Positions 19,191-29,370 of a stretch of DNA of 64,000 bases are shown one piece after another (positions within the stretch are counted from its first letter, which is position 1; the number at the start of each line of letters is the position of its first letter). A program made the translations under genes and the position numbers. The stretch lies in contig JBGFRC010000050.1 of NCBI GenBank assembly GCA_041695325.1, positions 6,435 to 70,434 of the forward strand. Reading direction: 5' to 3'. Under the pieces are notes generated by a model that saw only the letters and a program-made list of their open reading frames with translations, searched no databases and was not told the origin of the DNA. Origin of the DNA: Pseudomonadota bacterium. Its GTDB lineage: Bacteria; Pseudomonadota; Gammaproteobacteria; SURF-13.

Positions 19191-20318
19191 ATGTTCGAAC
19201 TGTTAGACACCTTTACCCAAAACGCCGTCATCAAGGTGATCGGCGTCGGCGGCGGCGGCGGCAACGCGGTCAAGCACATGCTCTCAGCCAACATCGAGGG
19301 CGTGGATTTCATCTGCGCCAACACCGACGCGCAGGCGCTGCGCAACACCTCGGCGCGCACCATCCTGCAACTCGGCGCCGAGATCACCAAGGGCCTGGGC
19401 GCGGGCGCCAACCCCGAAGTGGGGCGTCAGGCGGCGTTGGAAGACCGCGACCGCATCCAGGAAGTGATCGCGGGCGCGGACATGCTGTTCATCACCGCCG
19501 GCATGGGCGGCGGCACCGGCACCGGCGCCGCGCCGGTGGTGGCGCAGATTGCCAAAGAGATGGGCATCCTCACCGTCGCGGTGATCACCAAGCCCTTCCC
19601 CTTTGAAGGCGACAAGCGCATGAACGTCGCCGAGGCGGGTATGAAGGAGCTGGCGCAGCACGTGGACTCGCTCATCACCATCCCCAATGAAAAGCTGCTC
19701 ACCGTGCTGGGCAAGAACATAAGCCTGCTGGAAGCGTTCAAGGCCGCGAACAACGTGCTGCTCGGCGCAGTGCAGGGCATCGCCGACCTCATCACCCGTC
19801 CCGGCCTCATCAACGTGGACTTCGCCGACGTGCGCACCGTGATGTCCGAGATGGGCATGGCCATGATGGGCACCGGCGCCGCCTCGGGCGAGAATCGCGC
19901 GCGCAAGGCGGCTGAGGCCGCCATCGCCAGCCCCTTGCTGGAAAATATCAGCCTCGCGGGCGCGCGCGGCATCCTGGTCAACGTCACCGCCGGGCTCAAC
20001 ATGTCCATCGGCGAGTTCGAGGAAGTGGGCACCACGGTCAAGGACCTCGCCTCCGACAACGCCACCGTGGTGGTCGGCACCGTGCTCGACCCCGATCTCG
20101 CCGACGAGCTGCGTGTCACCGTGGTCGCCACCGGTCTGGGGGCGCAGGCGCGCGAGGAACGGCAAATGAAGCTGGTGGTGCCCAAGACCCTCTCCGCAGC
20201 GGTGGACTATGGGCAACTGGAACGCCCCACCGTGATGCGCCAGGCGGCCAACGGCGCCCCGGAGGGCAGCCTGGAATACCTGGACATCCCGGCCTTTTTG
20301 CGCCGCCAGGCGGATTAA
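19191..20318 (+). CDS. ftsZ: Cell division GTPase FtsZ
   Basis: 375 aa. Tubulin signature GGGTGTGAAP, IKVIGVGGGGGNAV N-terminus. Strong RBS AAAGAGGAG upstream. Conserved C-terminal peptide DIPAFLRRQAD. Confidence 0.97.
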   Translation: MFELLDTFTQNAVIKVIGVGGGGGNAVKHMLSANIEGVDFICANTDAQALRNTSARTILQLGAEITKGLGAGANPEVGRQAALEDRDRIQEVIAGADMLFITAGMGGGTGTGAAPVVAQIAKEMGILTVAVITKPFPFEGDKRMNVAEAGMKELAQHVDSLITIPNEKLLTVLGKNISLLEAFKAANNVLLGAVQGIADLITRPGLINVDFADVRTVMSEMGMAMMGTGAASGENRARKAAEAAIASPLLENISLAGARGILVNVTAGLNMSIGEFEEVGTTVKDLASDNATVVVGTVLDPDLADELRVTVVATGLGAQAREERQMKLVVPKTLSAAVDYGQLERPTVMRQAANGAPEGSLEYLDIPAFLRRQAD

Positions 20319-20475
20319 AGCAGACCCGCCGCCCCCCCAGAAGCTTCATCATTAAAGAAATCATGGACTTGGCCGAAAAAAACGAGACCAGGAGGGCTTG
20401 ACCGTGCTATGCTACTTGGCGTAAAGTTCGCACAAGGCCATCCATAGGACTATGGAGCGGGGGGCAAGGACAAGA

Positions 20476-21390
20476 ATGATAAAACAACGCACGCTGCGTA
20501 ACGTCATCAGGGCCACCGGCGTCGGCCTGCACACCGGAGAAAAGGTTTATCTCACCCTGCGCCCCGCGGCGGCGGACACCGGTATTGTGTTCCGCCGCGT
20601 TGATCTGCCTGAGCCGCTGGACATCGCCGCGCGCCCGGAAAACGTGGGCGACACGCGCCTGTCCACCACCCTGGTAAAAAACGAGGCGCGCATCTCCACC
20701 GTGGAGCACCTGCTCTCCGCGCTCGCGGGCTTGGGCGTGGACAACGCCTATATAGACTTGAGCGCCGCCGAGGTGCCGATCATGGACGGCAGCGCGGGGC
20801 CGTTCGTGTTCCTGATTCAGTCCGCCGGCATTGAAGAGCAGAACGCGGCCAAGCGCTTCATCCGCATCAAACGCCGAATCGAGGTAGAAGACGGCGACAA
20901 GCGCGCAAGTTTTGAGCCTTATGAAGGCTTCAAGGTCTCCTTCAGCATCGCCTTCGACCACCCCGTGTTTCGCGGCCGCTGTCGCGCCTGCACCGTGGAC
21001 TTTTCCACCACCTCCTTCGTGAAGGAGGTCAGCCGCGCGCGCACCTTCGGCTTCATGCGCGAGGTGGAGCTGTTGCAGAGCCAGGGCCTCGCCCTGGGCG
21101 GCAGCATGGACAACGCCATCGTAATGGACGACTACCGCATCCTGAATGAAGACGGCCTGCGCTATGAAGACGAATTCGTGCGCCACAAGATACTGGACGC
21201 CATCGGCGATCTGTACCTGCTCGGACACAGCCTGATCGGCGCATTCAGCGGCCACAAGTCAGGCCACCAGTTGAACAACAAGCTGTTGCGCGCCCTGATG
21301 GCCGATCAAACCGCCTGGGAGACGGTGACCTTCAAGAATCCCGCCGAAGCGCCGATTTCCTATATCCGGCCGGTCACCGCTGCTTCTTAA
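20476..21390 (+). CDS. lpxC: UDP-3-O-acyl-N-acetylglucosamine deacetylase
   Basis: Start [24 protein letters not shown]. Zinc-dependent deacetylase motifs. Classical position after ftsZ. Confidence 0.95.
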   Translation: MIKQRTLRNVIRATGVGLHTGEKVYLTLRPAAADTGIVFRRVDLPEPLDIAARPENVGDTRLSTTLVKNEARISTVEHLLSALAGLGVDNAYIDLSAAEVPIMDGSAGPFVFLIQSAGIEEQNAAKRFIRIKRRIEVEDGDKRASFEPYEGFKVSFSIAFDHPVFRGRCRACTVDFSTTSFVKEVSRARTFGFMREVELLQSQGLALGGSMDNAIVMDDYRILNEDGLRYEDEFVRHKILDAIGDLYLLGHSLIGAFSGHKSGHQLNNKLLRALMADQTAWETVTFKNPAEAPISYIRPVTAAS

Positions 21391-21701
21391 CAGCCGTCAA
21401 ACCGGCGCGCACCCACCTTTACCTTTATCTCCCTGACCCCGCGGAATGCGGGTATTAAAGCCAGCCGCTTGAGCAGCGCGGGCGCTTCAAAACGCAAACG
21501 CGCCGCCCACACCGGCGAATCCGTGAGCAGCACCAGGGTCTCGCCGCGCAGCGCGGCCACGCGGCAGTGCTGCTTAAGCGGCTCCTCTATCAAGCGGCGC
21601 GCGATCTCATCGTACTGCTCCACACGGCGCGCCTGAGTCAGCAGCCCGGCCAAACCCGGCGCCCCGCTCAGCACCTCTTTCAAGGAACGTGGTAAACTCA
21701 C
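21387..21701 (-). CDS. DUF721 (DciA-like) small protein
   Basis: 104 aa. Resembles the DUF721/DciA-like small gene that I recall lying between lpxC and secA in Pseudomonas-type genomes. Its stop overlaps the lpxC stop on the opposite strand (shared TTAA). Confidence 0.55.
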   Translation of the reverse strand: MSLPRSLKEVLSGAPGLAGLLTQARRVEQYDEIARRLIEEPLKQHCRVAALRGETLVLLTDSPVWAARLRFEAPALLKRLALIPAFRGVREIKVKVGARRFDGC

Positions 21702-21785
21702 GGCGTACCGCGCCCTGTAACAGCATTGCTTCTATAACTCATCACGCCCCGCGTCTTTAAATCCGCACCATCCGTTATCATATAA

Positions 21786-24494
21786 ATGGCAATGACCTTG
21801 CTCAACAAGATTTTCGGCAGCCGCAACGAACGGCTGCTCAAGCGTTTATCCAGAACCGTCGCCGCCATCAACGCGCTGGAACCCGCCGTCAGCGGCTTGT
21901 CTGACGGCGCGCTGGCGGCGAAAACCGCCGAGTTCCGCCAACGCCTCACGCAAGGCGCAAGCCTCGATGACCTGCTGCCTGAAGCCTTTGCCGTGGTGCG
22001 CGAGGCGGGCAAGCGCGTGCTGCAAATGCGCCACTTCGACGTGCAGCTCATCGGCGGCATCGTGCTGCATCAGGGCAAGATCGCGGAGATGCGCACCGGC
22101 GAGGGCAAGACCCTGGTGGCCACGCTCGCCGCCTATCTCAACGCCCTGCCGGGCAAGGGCGTGCACGTGGTGACGGTGAACGATTACCTGGCGCGGCGCG
22201 ACGCGCGCTGGATGGGCGGGATCTACGAATTTCTGGGGCTCACCGTGGGCGTGGTGGCGCCGGGCATGAGCGCGGAGCAAAAACGCGCGGCCTACGCAGC
22301 GGACATCTGCTACGGCACCAACAATGAATTCGGCTTTGACTATCTGCGCGACAATATGGCCTTCAGCAGCCATCAGCGCGTGCAACGCGGCTTGAACTTC
22401 GCCATCATAGATGAGGTGGACTCGATCCTGATAGACGAGGCGCGCACCCCGCTCATCATCTCCGGCCCCACCGAGGACACTTCCGAGCTGTATCAGAAAA
22501 TCAACGTGCTGGTGCCGCGCCTCACGCGCCAGGAACGCGAAGACGCGCCGGGCGATTATTACGTGGACGAAAAGGCCAAACAGGCGCTGCTCTCCGAGCA
22601 AGGCCATCAGCGCGTGGAAGAGCTGCTCACCGAGGCCGGCCTGCTGCACGAAGGCGAAAGCCTGTATGATCCGGCCAACATCGTGCTCATGCATCATCTG
22701 GACGCGGCGTTGCGCGCGCACGCGCTGTATCAGCGCAACGTGGATTACATCGTGCGCGACAACCAGATCATCATCGTGGATGAATTCACCGGGCGCACCC
22801 TGCCCGGACGGCGCTGGTCGGAGGGCCTGCATCAGGCGGTGGAGGCCAAGGAAGGCGTGCCGATCCAGAACGAAAACCAGACCTTGGCCTCGATCACCTT
22901 CCAGAATTATTTCCGGCTCTATGACAAACGCGCCGGCATGACCGGCACCGCCGATACCGAGGCGTTCGAGTTCCAGCAGATTTACGGCCTGGAGGTGGTG
23001 GTGATTCCCACCCACAAGCCGATGATCCGCCGGGATCACGGCGACTTGGTGTATCTCAACGCCGAGGACAAGTTCAACGCCATCATCGCCGACATCAGGG
23101 ACTGCCGCGCCCGGCGGCAGCCGGTGCTGGTGGGCACGGTGTCCATCGAGATTTCCGAGCACCTGTCGAAGCTGCTGCAAAAGGAGGCCATCCCGCATCA
23201 GGTGCTGAACGCCAAGTTTCACGAAAAAGAGGCCGAGATCGTGGCCCAAGCTGGCCAACCCGGCGCGGTCACCATCGCCACCAACATGGCCGGACGCGGC
23301 ACCGACATCGTGCTGGGCGGCAATCTCGACGCCGCCATCACGGCGCTGGGCAGTCCCGATGCCGCCCTCGCGCGTCTGCGCGCGGAATGGCAAGAGGCGC
23401 ATGACCAGGTCATCCGGAGCGGCGGCTTGCACGTGATCGGCACCGAGCGCCACGAGTCGCGCCGCATAGACAACCAGTTGCGCGGACGCTCCGGGCGCCA
23501 GGGCGATCCCGGTTCGAGCCGGTTTTACCTCTCGCTGCAAGACAACCTGATGCGCATCTTCGCCTCGGAACGGGTCGCGGCCCTGATGCAAAAGCTCGGC
23601 ATGCGGCCAGGCGAGGCGATCGAGCACCCGTGGGTCACCAAGGCGATTGAAAACGCGCAGCGCAAGGTGGAGGGGCGCAACTTCGACATCCGCAAACAAC
23701 TGCTGGAATACGACGACGTAGCCAACGATCAGCGCAAGGTGATCTACCAGCAGCGCAACGAGATCATGGACACCGAGGATGTGTCCGAGACCATCGCCGC
23801 CATCCGCCGGGACGTGATCGCGCAAACCTTCAACGCCCATATACCGAAGGACAGCCTGGAGGAGCAGTGGGACGCGGCGGGCCTGGAACAGGCGCTGGAG
23901 CGCGATTTCGGACTGCGCCTCCCGATCCGGCAGTGGCTCAAGGACGACGCCTCGCTGCACGAGGAAACCCTGCAGCGGCGCATCCAGCACGAGGCGGAGC
24001 AATGGCTCAAGGCCAAGGAGGCGCGCTTCGGCGCCGAGACCATGCGCCGCATCGAGAAGGCCATCATGCTGGAGGTGCTGGATGCGCACTGGAAGGAGCA
24101 TCTGGCCGCAATGGACTACCTGCGCCAGGGCATCCACCTGCGCGGCTACGCGCAGAAAAACCCCAAACAGGAATTCAAGCGCGAGGGGTTTGAACTATTC
24201 GCGCGGATGCTGGAACGCGTCAAGCGCGAGGTGCTGCGCCTGTTGTGTCGGGGGGAGGTTGTCACCGAGCAGCAACTGCAAGCCGGGCAACAGCGCCAGG
24301 CCGCCGCATTGCAATTCCAGCACGCCGAGGCGTCTGCATTTGCCCAAGCTACGCCTGAACCCGCCGCGCCGCCGGCGCCGGCGCAAGAGCGCGCGGCACC
24401 GTTCGTGCGCGGCGAGCGCAAGATCGGACGCAACGAGCCCTGCCCATGCGGTTCGGGAAAAAAATACAAACACTGTCACGGGCAGTTGACTTGA
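21786..24494 (+). CDS. secA: Protein translocase ATPase SecA
   Basis: 902 aa. DEAD-like motor motifs ([30 protein letters not shown]). C-terminal zinc finger [14 protein letters not shown]. Confidence 0.97.
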   Translation: MAMTLLNKIFGSRNERLLKRLSRTVAAINALEPAVSGLSDGALAAKTAEFRQRLTQGASLDDLLPEAFAVVREAGKRVLQMRHFDVQLIGGIVLHQGKIAEMRTGEGKTLVATLAAYLNALPGKGVHVVTVNDYLARRDARWMGGIYEFLGLTVGVVAPGMSAEQKRAAYAADICYGTNNEFGFDYLRDNMAFSSHQRVQRGLNFAIIDEVDSILIDEARTPLIISGPTEDTSELYQKINVLVPRLTRQEREDAPGDYYVDEKAKQALLSEQGHQRVEELLTEAGLLHEGESLYDPANIVLMHHLDAALRAHALYQRNVDYIVRDNQIIIVDEFTGRTLPGRRWSEGLHQAVEAKEGVPIQNENQTLASITFQNYFRLYDKRAGMTGTADTEAFEFQQIYGLEVVVIPTHKPMIRRDHGDLVYLNAEDKFNAIIADIRDCRARRQPVLVGTVSIEISEHLSKLLQKEAIPHQVLNAKFHEKEAEIVAQAGQPGAVTIATNMAGRGTDIVLGGNLDAAITALGSPDAALARLRAEWQEAHDQVIRSGGLHVIGTERHESRRIDNQLRGRSGRQGDPGSSRFYLSLQDNLMRIFASERVAALMQKLGMRPGEAIEHPWVTKAIENAQRKVEGRNFDIRKQLLEYDDVANDQRKVIYQQRNEIMDTEDVSETIAAIRRDVIAQTFNAHIPKDSLEEQWDAAGLEQALERDFGLRLPIRQWLKDDASLHEETLQRRIQHEAEQWLKAKEARFGAETMRRIEKAIMLEVLDAHWKEHLAAMDYLRQGIHLRGYAQKNPKQEFKREGFELFARMLERVKREVLRLLCRGEVVTEQQLQAGQQRQAAALQFQHAEASAFAQATPEPAAPPAPAQERAAPFVRGERKIGRNEPCPCGSGKKYKHCHGQLT

Positions 24495-24504
24495 GGCGTT
24501 CACG

Positions 24505-25725
24505 GTGCCGGTGGGTCTCAAGCCGTTGTCCACATTGCATCCGGTGCCGGGCGTGCGTCTGGGCGCCGCGTGCGCTGGAATCAAAAAGCCCGGGCGGCGT
24601 GACCTGGTGCTCGTGGAAATCAGCGCGGATGCAAGCTGCGCCGCGGTATTCACGCAAAACGCCTTTTGCGCCGCGCCGGTGGTTCTGGCGCGCAAACATG
24701 TCGCACACGCCGTCCCGCGTTACCTGCTGATCAACACCGGCAACGCCAATGCCGGTACCGGCGCGCAAGGCTTGCGCGACGCCGAGACGTGCTGCGCGTC
24801 GCTGGCGAAGCTCGCGGGCTGCGAGCCAAACGAGGTGCTGCCCTTCTCCACCGGCGTGATCGGCGAACCTTTGCCGGTGGAGAAAATCGTACAGGGGCTG
24901 CCTGGGGCTTACGCCTGCCTGAGCGCTACAGGCTGGGAAGACGCCGCGCACGGCATCATGACCACCGACACCGCGCCCAAAGGGATCTCGCGCAAAATTG
25001 ACATCCGGGGCCACACCATCACCCTCACCGGCATCGCCAAGGGTTCCGGCATGATCCGCCCCGACATGGCGACCATGCTCGGCTTTGTCGCCACCGATGC
25101 GGCTATTGCACCACCGCTGTTGCAGCGCTGTCTGCACGATGCCGTGCGGGTGTCGTTCAACCGCATCACGGTGGACGGCGATACCTCGACCAACGACGCC
25201 TGCGTGCTGATCGCCACCGGCCACAGCACGCTGCCGCCCGTCACGGACAGCGCGAGCGCGGTTTATCAAACGCTGCTCAGCGCCGTCACCGAAATCTGCG
25301 TGGAGCTGGCGCAGGCCATCGTGCGCGACGGCGAGGGCGCCACCAAATTCATCATCATCGAGGTCGGCGGCGGCGCAAGCGAGGAGGAATGCGCCCGCGT
25401 GGCTTACGCCATCGCACACTCGCCGCTGGTGAAAACCGCGTTCTTCGCCTCCGACCCCAACTGGGGCCGTATTCTTGCCGCCGTGGGCCGGGCCGGCATC
25501 GGCGATCTTGACCTGGAACGGCTCACCCTCCATCTGGGCGAGACGTGCATAGTAAAAAACGGCGCGCGCGCGCCGGACTACACCGAGGAGCAAGGCAGGG
25601 AAATCATGCGCCGCGCGGAAATCGCCGTGCGCGTGGACTTGCAGCGCGGCGCGCATCACGCCACGGTGTGGACCTGCGATTTTTCCTATGAGTATGTGCG
25701 CATCAACGCGGAATACAGAACCTGA
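24505..25725 (+). CDS. argJ: Bifunctional glutamate N-acetyltransferase / amino-acid acetyltransferase ArgJ
   Basis: 406 aa. Autoproteolytic ATML site ([14 protein letters not shown]). ArgJ family. Confidence 0.93.
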   Translation: MPVGLKPLSTLHPVPGVRLGAACAGIKKPGRRDLVLVEISADASCAAVFTQNAFCAAPVVLARKHVAHAVPRYLLINTGNANAGTGAQGLRDAETCCASLAKLAGCEPNEVLPFSTGVIGEPLPVEKIVQGLPGAYACLSATGWEDAAHGIMTTDTAPKGISRKIDIRGHTITLTGIAKGSGMIRPDMATMLGFVATDAAIAPPLLQRCLHDAVRVSFNRITVDGDTSTNDACVLIATGHSTLPPVTDSASAVYQTLLSAVTEICVELAQAIVRDGEGATKFIIIEVGGGASEEECARVAYAIAHSPLVKTAFFASDPNWGRILAAVGRAGIGDLDLERLTLHLGETCIVKNGARAPDYTEEQGREIMRRAEIAVRVDLQRGAHHATVWTCDFSYEYVRINAEYRT

Positions 25726-25728
25726 AAT

Positions 25729-26736
25729 GTGACTGTAAATTATCAACACGTCGCGGCGGCGGTCATTTTTAATCAGCGCGGCGAGGTGCTGCTTGCATTG
25801 CGCCCCGTCCATAAACATCAAGGCGGGCTGTGGGAGTTTCCCGGCGGCAAGGTAGAAAGCGGCGAACACGCGCTGCAGGCGCTCAAGCGCGAATTGCATG
25901 AGGAGCTGGGCATCACCATCACGTGCGCGCGCCCCCTGATCCGCATTCCGCACCATTATCCGGACAAACCGGTGCTGCTCGACGTGTGGCGTGTGGATGC
26001 GTATCACGGCGAACCGCACGCCAAGGAAGGTCAGCGCATCGAATGGGTGGCGCAAGACAAGCTGGCCCAGCGGGAGTATCCCACTGCCAACCTGCCCATC
26101 CTGAACGCGGTGCGGCTGCCAGCGCTCTATCTTGTTACCGGTGAGCCGGAGCCGGGCCGGACTGACGAGGCCTTCTGGGACAAGCTGAAGCGCTGTCTGC
26201 AGGGCGGCGCGCATCTGATACAACTGCGCGCCAAAACCCTGGACGAAAAACGTTACCGCACCCTGGCTGAACGGGCGCTTGAGTTATGCGCGCCTTACGG
26301 CGCGCGGCTTTTGCTCAACGCCGCGCCCCGATTAGTGGAGGAAACCGGCGCGCACGGCGTGCACCTTGGCAGCGCGCGCCTGCTTGAACTCAAGCGGCGT
26401 CCGCTCGATGACCGGCATTGGGTCGCGGCTTCGTGCCATAACGAAGCGGAGCTTGCGCATGCAATGCGCATCCAGGCGGATTTCGCGATCGTGGCCCCGG
26501 TGCTGGCCACGTCCACCCATCCCGGCGCCGCAGCGCTCGGCTGGCAAGGACTGCGCCGTTTGACCGAACTCGCCTCGCTGCCGGTATACGCCCTGGGGGG
26601 AATGCAAGCGGAGCATTTGCCCCTCGCTTTTCATAACGGCGCGCAAGGCATCGCCGTGGTGAGCGCGATATGGAGCGCGCCGCATCCGGAGGAAGCGGTC
26701 GCACGGATACTGCGTGAGAACACGGCGCGCGCATGA
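25729..26736 (+). CDS. mutT: Nudix hydrolase (MutT-like 8-oxo-dGTP diphosphatase) fused to a ThiE-like (thiamine-phosphate synthase fold) domain
   Basis: N-terminal Nudix box GGKVESGEHALQALKRELHEELGI. C-terminal ~200 aa with TIM-barrel ThiE-like features (LYLVTG..., AIVAPV). This fusion architecture also exists in Pseudomonas and Xanthomonas. Confidence 0.8.
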   Translation: MTVNYQHVAAAVIFNQRGEVLLALRPVHKHQGGLWEFPGGKVESGEHALQALKRELHEELGITITCARPLIRIPHHYPDKPVLLDVWRVDAYHGEPHAKEGQRIEWVAQDKLAQREYPTANLPILNAVRLPALYLVTGEPEPGRTDEAFWDKLKRCLQGGAHLIQLRAKTLDEKRYRTLAERALELCAPYGARLLLNAAPRLVEETGAHGVHLGSARLLELKRRPLDDRHWVAASCHNEAELAHAMRIQADFAIVAPVLATSTHPGAAALGWQGLRRLTELASLPVYALGGMQAEHLPLAFHNGAQGIAVVSAIWSAPHPEEAVARILRENTARA

Positions 26737-26752
26737 TTCTTCTGCGGCCGTG

Positions 26753-26926
26753 TCACTCTTCTTCATCCGGCTGTTTTTCCGGGAACTGCGCCGGAATGCG
26801 ATAGGACTCTCCCGCCCAGGCGCCGAGATCAATCAGCTTGCAACGCTCGCTGCAAAACGGGCGGCTGGGATAGCGCTCCGACCACTGCACCGGCTTGCCG
26901 CAGACGGGACAGGACAGTTTTTTCAT
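26753..26926 (-). CDS. yacG: DNA gyrase inhibitor YacG (zinc finger)
   Basis: 58 aa, [13 protein letters not shown]...[16 protein letters not shown] 4-Cys zinc ribbon. It is the 3' portion of ORF 26753..27220. Start overlaps the zapD stop. Confidence 0.8.
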   Translation of the reverse strand: MKKLSCPVCGKPVQWSERYPSRPFCSERCKLIDLGAWAGESYRIPAQFPEKQPDEEE

Positions 26927-27690
26927 ATCAGACAACAGTACAAGGCAAACTCGATGTCTTGCGCGGCCTGGACGGCGCGGCCGTCTTTGACGTACTCCAT
27001 GAAACGCACCGTGATGCGGTGCTTGCCGCCGCTGATTTCGGCATAGCAGGGCAGGCTGGACGGCACGGCGACGCGCACCAGTTGACAGGGAAGATCCGGG
27101 TCCAGCGATTTTTGCAGGAAACCGGCTTGCGCGCACTCCCGGCTCGGCATGGCGCTGTCGCGGATCAGCTTCAATATCAAGGCCACGGCGCTTTGCACCG
27201 GCTCCAGGGTATTCAACCACTCTTGCAAATCACGCAGCCGTTCCAGCGCCGGACGCTCCAGCCAGAAATGATAGGCGGGCAGATCAAAATCGCAGGTGCC
27301 GCCGGGAATGCTGGCGCGCTGCCGGATACTGTTGATGAATTCATGCTGGCGCAATGCCTGACCCAGCTGGCCCTCGACGGCGTGCAGGCGGTCTACTTGC
27401 GCGTCCAGTTGATCGAGAATCTGATTAAGCCGCTGTTGGTCCACCTCCGGCACTTGTTCCAGACGGGTGAGCGTGGCGCCGTGCCGTTCCAGCTCTTTCA
27501 ACAACTCTCCCTTGAGATCGGCGCGGCCCATGACGTTGAGAATTTCAAACAGCGTGGATAGGGTGGCGCGGCTATCCCAGGGGCTGGCGCCGCCCAAGGT
27601 GTGGCCGGCCTGAATAAACAACGACTCCAGACGCAGAAAGGCGCGTATTCGCTCGCTCAGCGGCTGTTCATAAATGATTTGCCCGCCCAC
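26923..27690 (-). CDS. zapD: Cell division protein ZapD
   Basis: 255 aa. Alignable with E. coli ZapD (YacF) along its length ([17 protein letters not shown]...). Conserved yacG-zapD-coaE synteny. Confidence 0.85.
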   Translation of the reverse strand: MGGQIIYEQPLSERIRAFLRLESLFIQAGHTLGGASPWDSRATLSTLFEILNVMGRADLKGELLKELERHGATLTRLEQVPEVDQQRLNQILDQLDAQVDRLHAVEGQLGQALRQHEFINSIRQRASIPGGTCDFDLPAYHFWLERPALERLRDLQEWLNTLEPVQSAVALILKLIRDSAMPSRECAQAGFLQKSLDPDLPCQLVRVAVPSSLPCYAEISGGKHRITVRFMEYVKDGRAVQAAQDIEFALYCCLI

Positions 27691-27725
27691 TCAAATATCC
27701 TTTAAATATTTCACGGCTGTTGTCA

Positions 27726-28343
27726 TTATCCTTTTCCGGAAGCGGAGACGGCGGACGCCAGTTGTAAATAGTGGCGGTGCAGCTCGTCCACCCGCTGCTT
27801 GAGCTTATCGCGCCCGCCGTCGTTGACGATCACGTCGTCCGCCGCGGCCAGCCGCTGCTCACGGCTTGCCTGGGCGGCGAGGATAGCGTTGAACTCCGCC
27901 GCGCTCAACCCGTCGCGCGCCATGACGCGCTGGTGGCGCAACTCATCGGGCGCGTCCACCACCAGTACGCGCTGCACCACGGCTGTCTGTCCGGTCTCGA
28001 CCAGCAGAGGTATGCATACGATGCAGTAGGGCGCCTTGAGCCGTTTGAGGCGCGCCTGCATCTCTTCGCGGATCAAGGGGTGCAGCAGCGCTTCCAGTTT
28101 CTTGCGCCGCGCCGCGTCACCGAACACCAGCGCGCGCAGCTTGGCGCGGTTAAGCGCGCCGTTATTATCCAGTATTTCACGCCCAAACATTTCCGTGAGG
28201 CGCGTAAGCGCGGGCTTGCCCTTGTGCACCAATTCCCTGGCGATGACGTCGGCGTCCAGCACCGGCACGCCATGCGCCTGGAACAACTCCACTACCGTGG
28301 ACTTGCCGGCGCCGATGCCGCCCGTCAATCCTACTATAAGCAT
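27726..28343 (-). CDS. coaE: Dephospho-CoA kinase
   Basis: 205 aa. N-terminus MLIVGLTGGIGAGKSTV P-loop. Confidence 0.9.
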   Translation of the reverse strand: MLIVGLTGGIGAGKSTVVELFQAHGVPVLDADVIARELVHKGKPALTRLTEMFGREILDNNGALNRAKLRALVFGDAARRKKLEALLHPLIREEMQARLKRLKAPYCIVCIPLLVETGQTAVVQRVLVVDAPDELRHQRVMARDGLSAAEFNAILAAQASREQRLAAADDVIVNDGGRDKLKQRVDELHRHYLQLASAVSASGKG

Positions 28344-28379
28344 GCCAAACCTGTCTTGAGCTTGTCGAAGGGACGGCAG

Positions 28380-29273
28380 TTACGCCAATCCGGCCAGATG
28401 TAAATAGGCGGCCGTCAACTCTTTCCCCCAGATCAGCGCCAGCCAGGCCGCCGCCGCGAGATAAGGGCCGAACGGAATGGGGATATTCTTGTCGCGCCCC
28501 AGAAACAGCACCATGCTGATGCCCACCGCCGCGCCGACCAGGGAAGACAGCAGTATCACCACCGGCAGCGCCTGCCAGCCGAGCCAGGCACCCAGCATGG
28601 CAAGCAATTTGAAATCCCCCTGCCCCATGCCTTCCTTGCCGGTGGCGAGCTTGAACAGCCAGTACACCGTCCACAGCGCAAGATAGCCCGCCGCGGCGCC
28701 GATGATCGCGCTCCGGCTGTCCACGAATACACCCGCGAGGCTGAGTAAAAGCCCGCCCCACAACAGCGGCAGGGTGATGGAGTCGGGCAGCAGTTGATGT
28801 TCGAGGTCAATGAAGGCGAGCGCGATCAAGGCCCAGGTGAGTATGAGCGCCGGGAGCAAAGTCCAACCCAAACCGAAATGCGCGGCGACCGCCGCGGACA
28901 GCAGCGCGGTCAGCAATTCGACCGCCGGGTAACGCGGTGAGATGCGCGCGCCGCAGGCGGAACACCTTCCCCTGAGCGCGAGGTAGCTCAGCAGCGGAAT
29001 GTTTTCCAGCGCGGTGATGCGGTGGCCGCAGTGCGGACAGCGCGAACGCGGAACGACGAGGTTGAACGGTTCAGCGCGCTCACTCGGTAAATGCCGGTTT
29101 ACTTTCGCCGGCAGCTCAAGCAGCTGCCGGCACTGCGCCTGCCAGTCGCGCTGCATCATGCGCGGCAGGCGGTAAATGACCACGTTCAGAAAACTCCCCA
29201 CCGCCAGCCCCAGCACGCCTGCGGACAGGACAAACAGCCAGGGAGACACCCGCAGGATGTCAATCACGAACAC
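28380..29273 (-). CDS. pilD: Type IV prepilin leader peptidase / N-methyltransferase (A24 family)
   Basis: 297 aa. Cys tetrad CPHCGHRI...CSACGARI, polytopic, DxxxxxxD-type A24 motifs. Confidence 0.9.
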   Translation of the reverse strand: MFVIDILRVSPWLFVLSAGVLGLAVGSFLNVVIYRLPRMMQRDWQAQCRQLLELPAKVNRHLPSERAEPFNLVVPRSRCPHCGHRITALENIPLLSYLALRGRCSACGARISPRYPAVELLTALLSAAVAAHFGLGWTLLPALILTWALIALAFIDLEHQLLPDSITLPLLWGGLLLSLAGVFVDSRSAIIGAAAGYLALWTVYWLFKLATGKEGMGQGDFKLLAMLGAWLGWQALPVVILLSSLVGAAVGISMVLFLGRDKNIPIPFGPYLAAAAWLALIWGKELTAAYLHLAGLA

Positions 29274-29275
29274 GC

Positions 29276-29361
29276 AGAGGAAAGAGGCAAGAGAAAAGAG
29301 AAAAGTGTTTGAACATTAACTATTAGGGATAACTATCTTTTCTCTTGCCTCTTTTCTCTTG
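29276..29361 (-). other. Long imperfect inverted repeat (hairpin) in the pilC-pilD intergenic region
   Basis: aggcaagagaaaag ... cttttctcttgcct arms (14-16 bp perfect) with interleaved agaaaag repeat units and a ~30-nt AT-rich loop. No U-tract follows it, so it is not a classical intrinsic terminator. Confidence 0.5.
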
Positions 29362-29370
29362 TGTCTGTCT

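Noticed and set aside
20319-20475. Possible sigma70 promoter for lpxC (TTGACC at ~20399)
   Set aside because: No convincing -10 hexamer at 16-19 bp spacing; left uncalled.
21698-22060. 120-aa minus-strand ORF spanning the secA promoter and 5' end
   Set aside because: Overlaps secA coding sequence on the opposite strand. No motif, low-complexity Ser/Arg-rich; judged spurious.
26753-27220. 155-aa ORF as a single gene
   Set aside because: Only the last 58 codons ([12 protein letters not shown]...) match YacG. The upstream 97 codons overlap zapD in another frame and are Arg/Pro-rich; the ORF was split accordingly.
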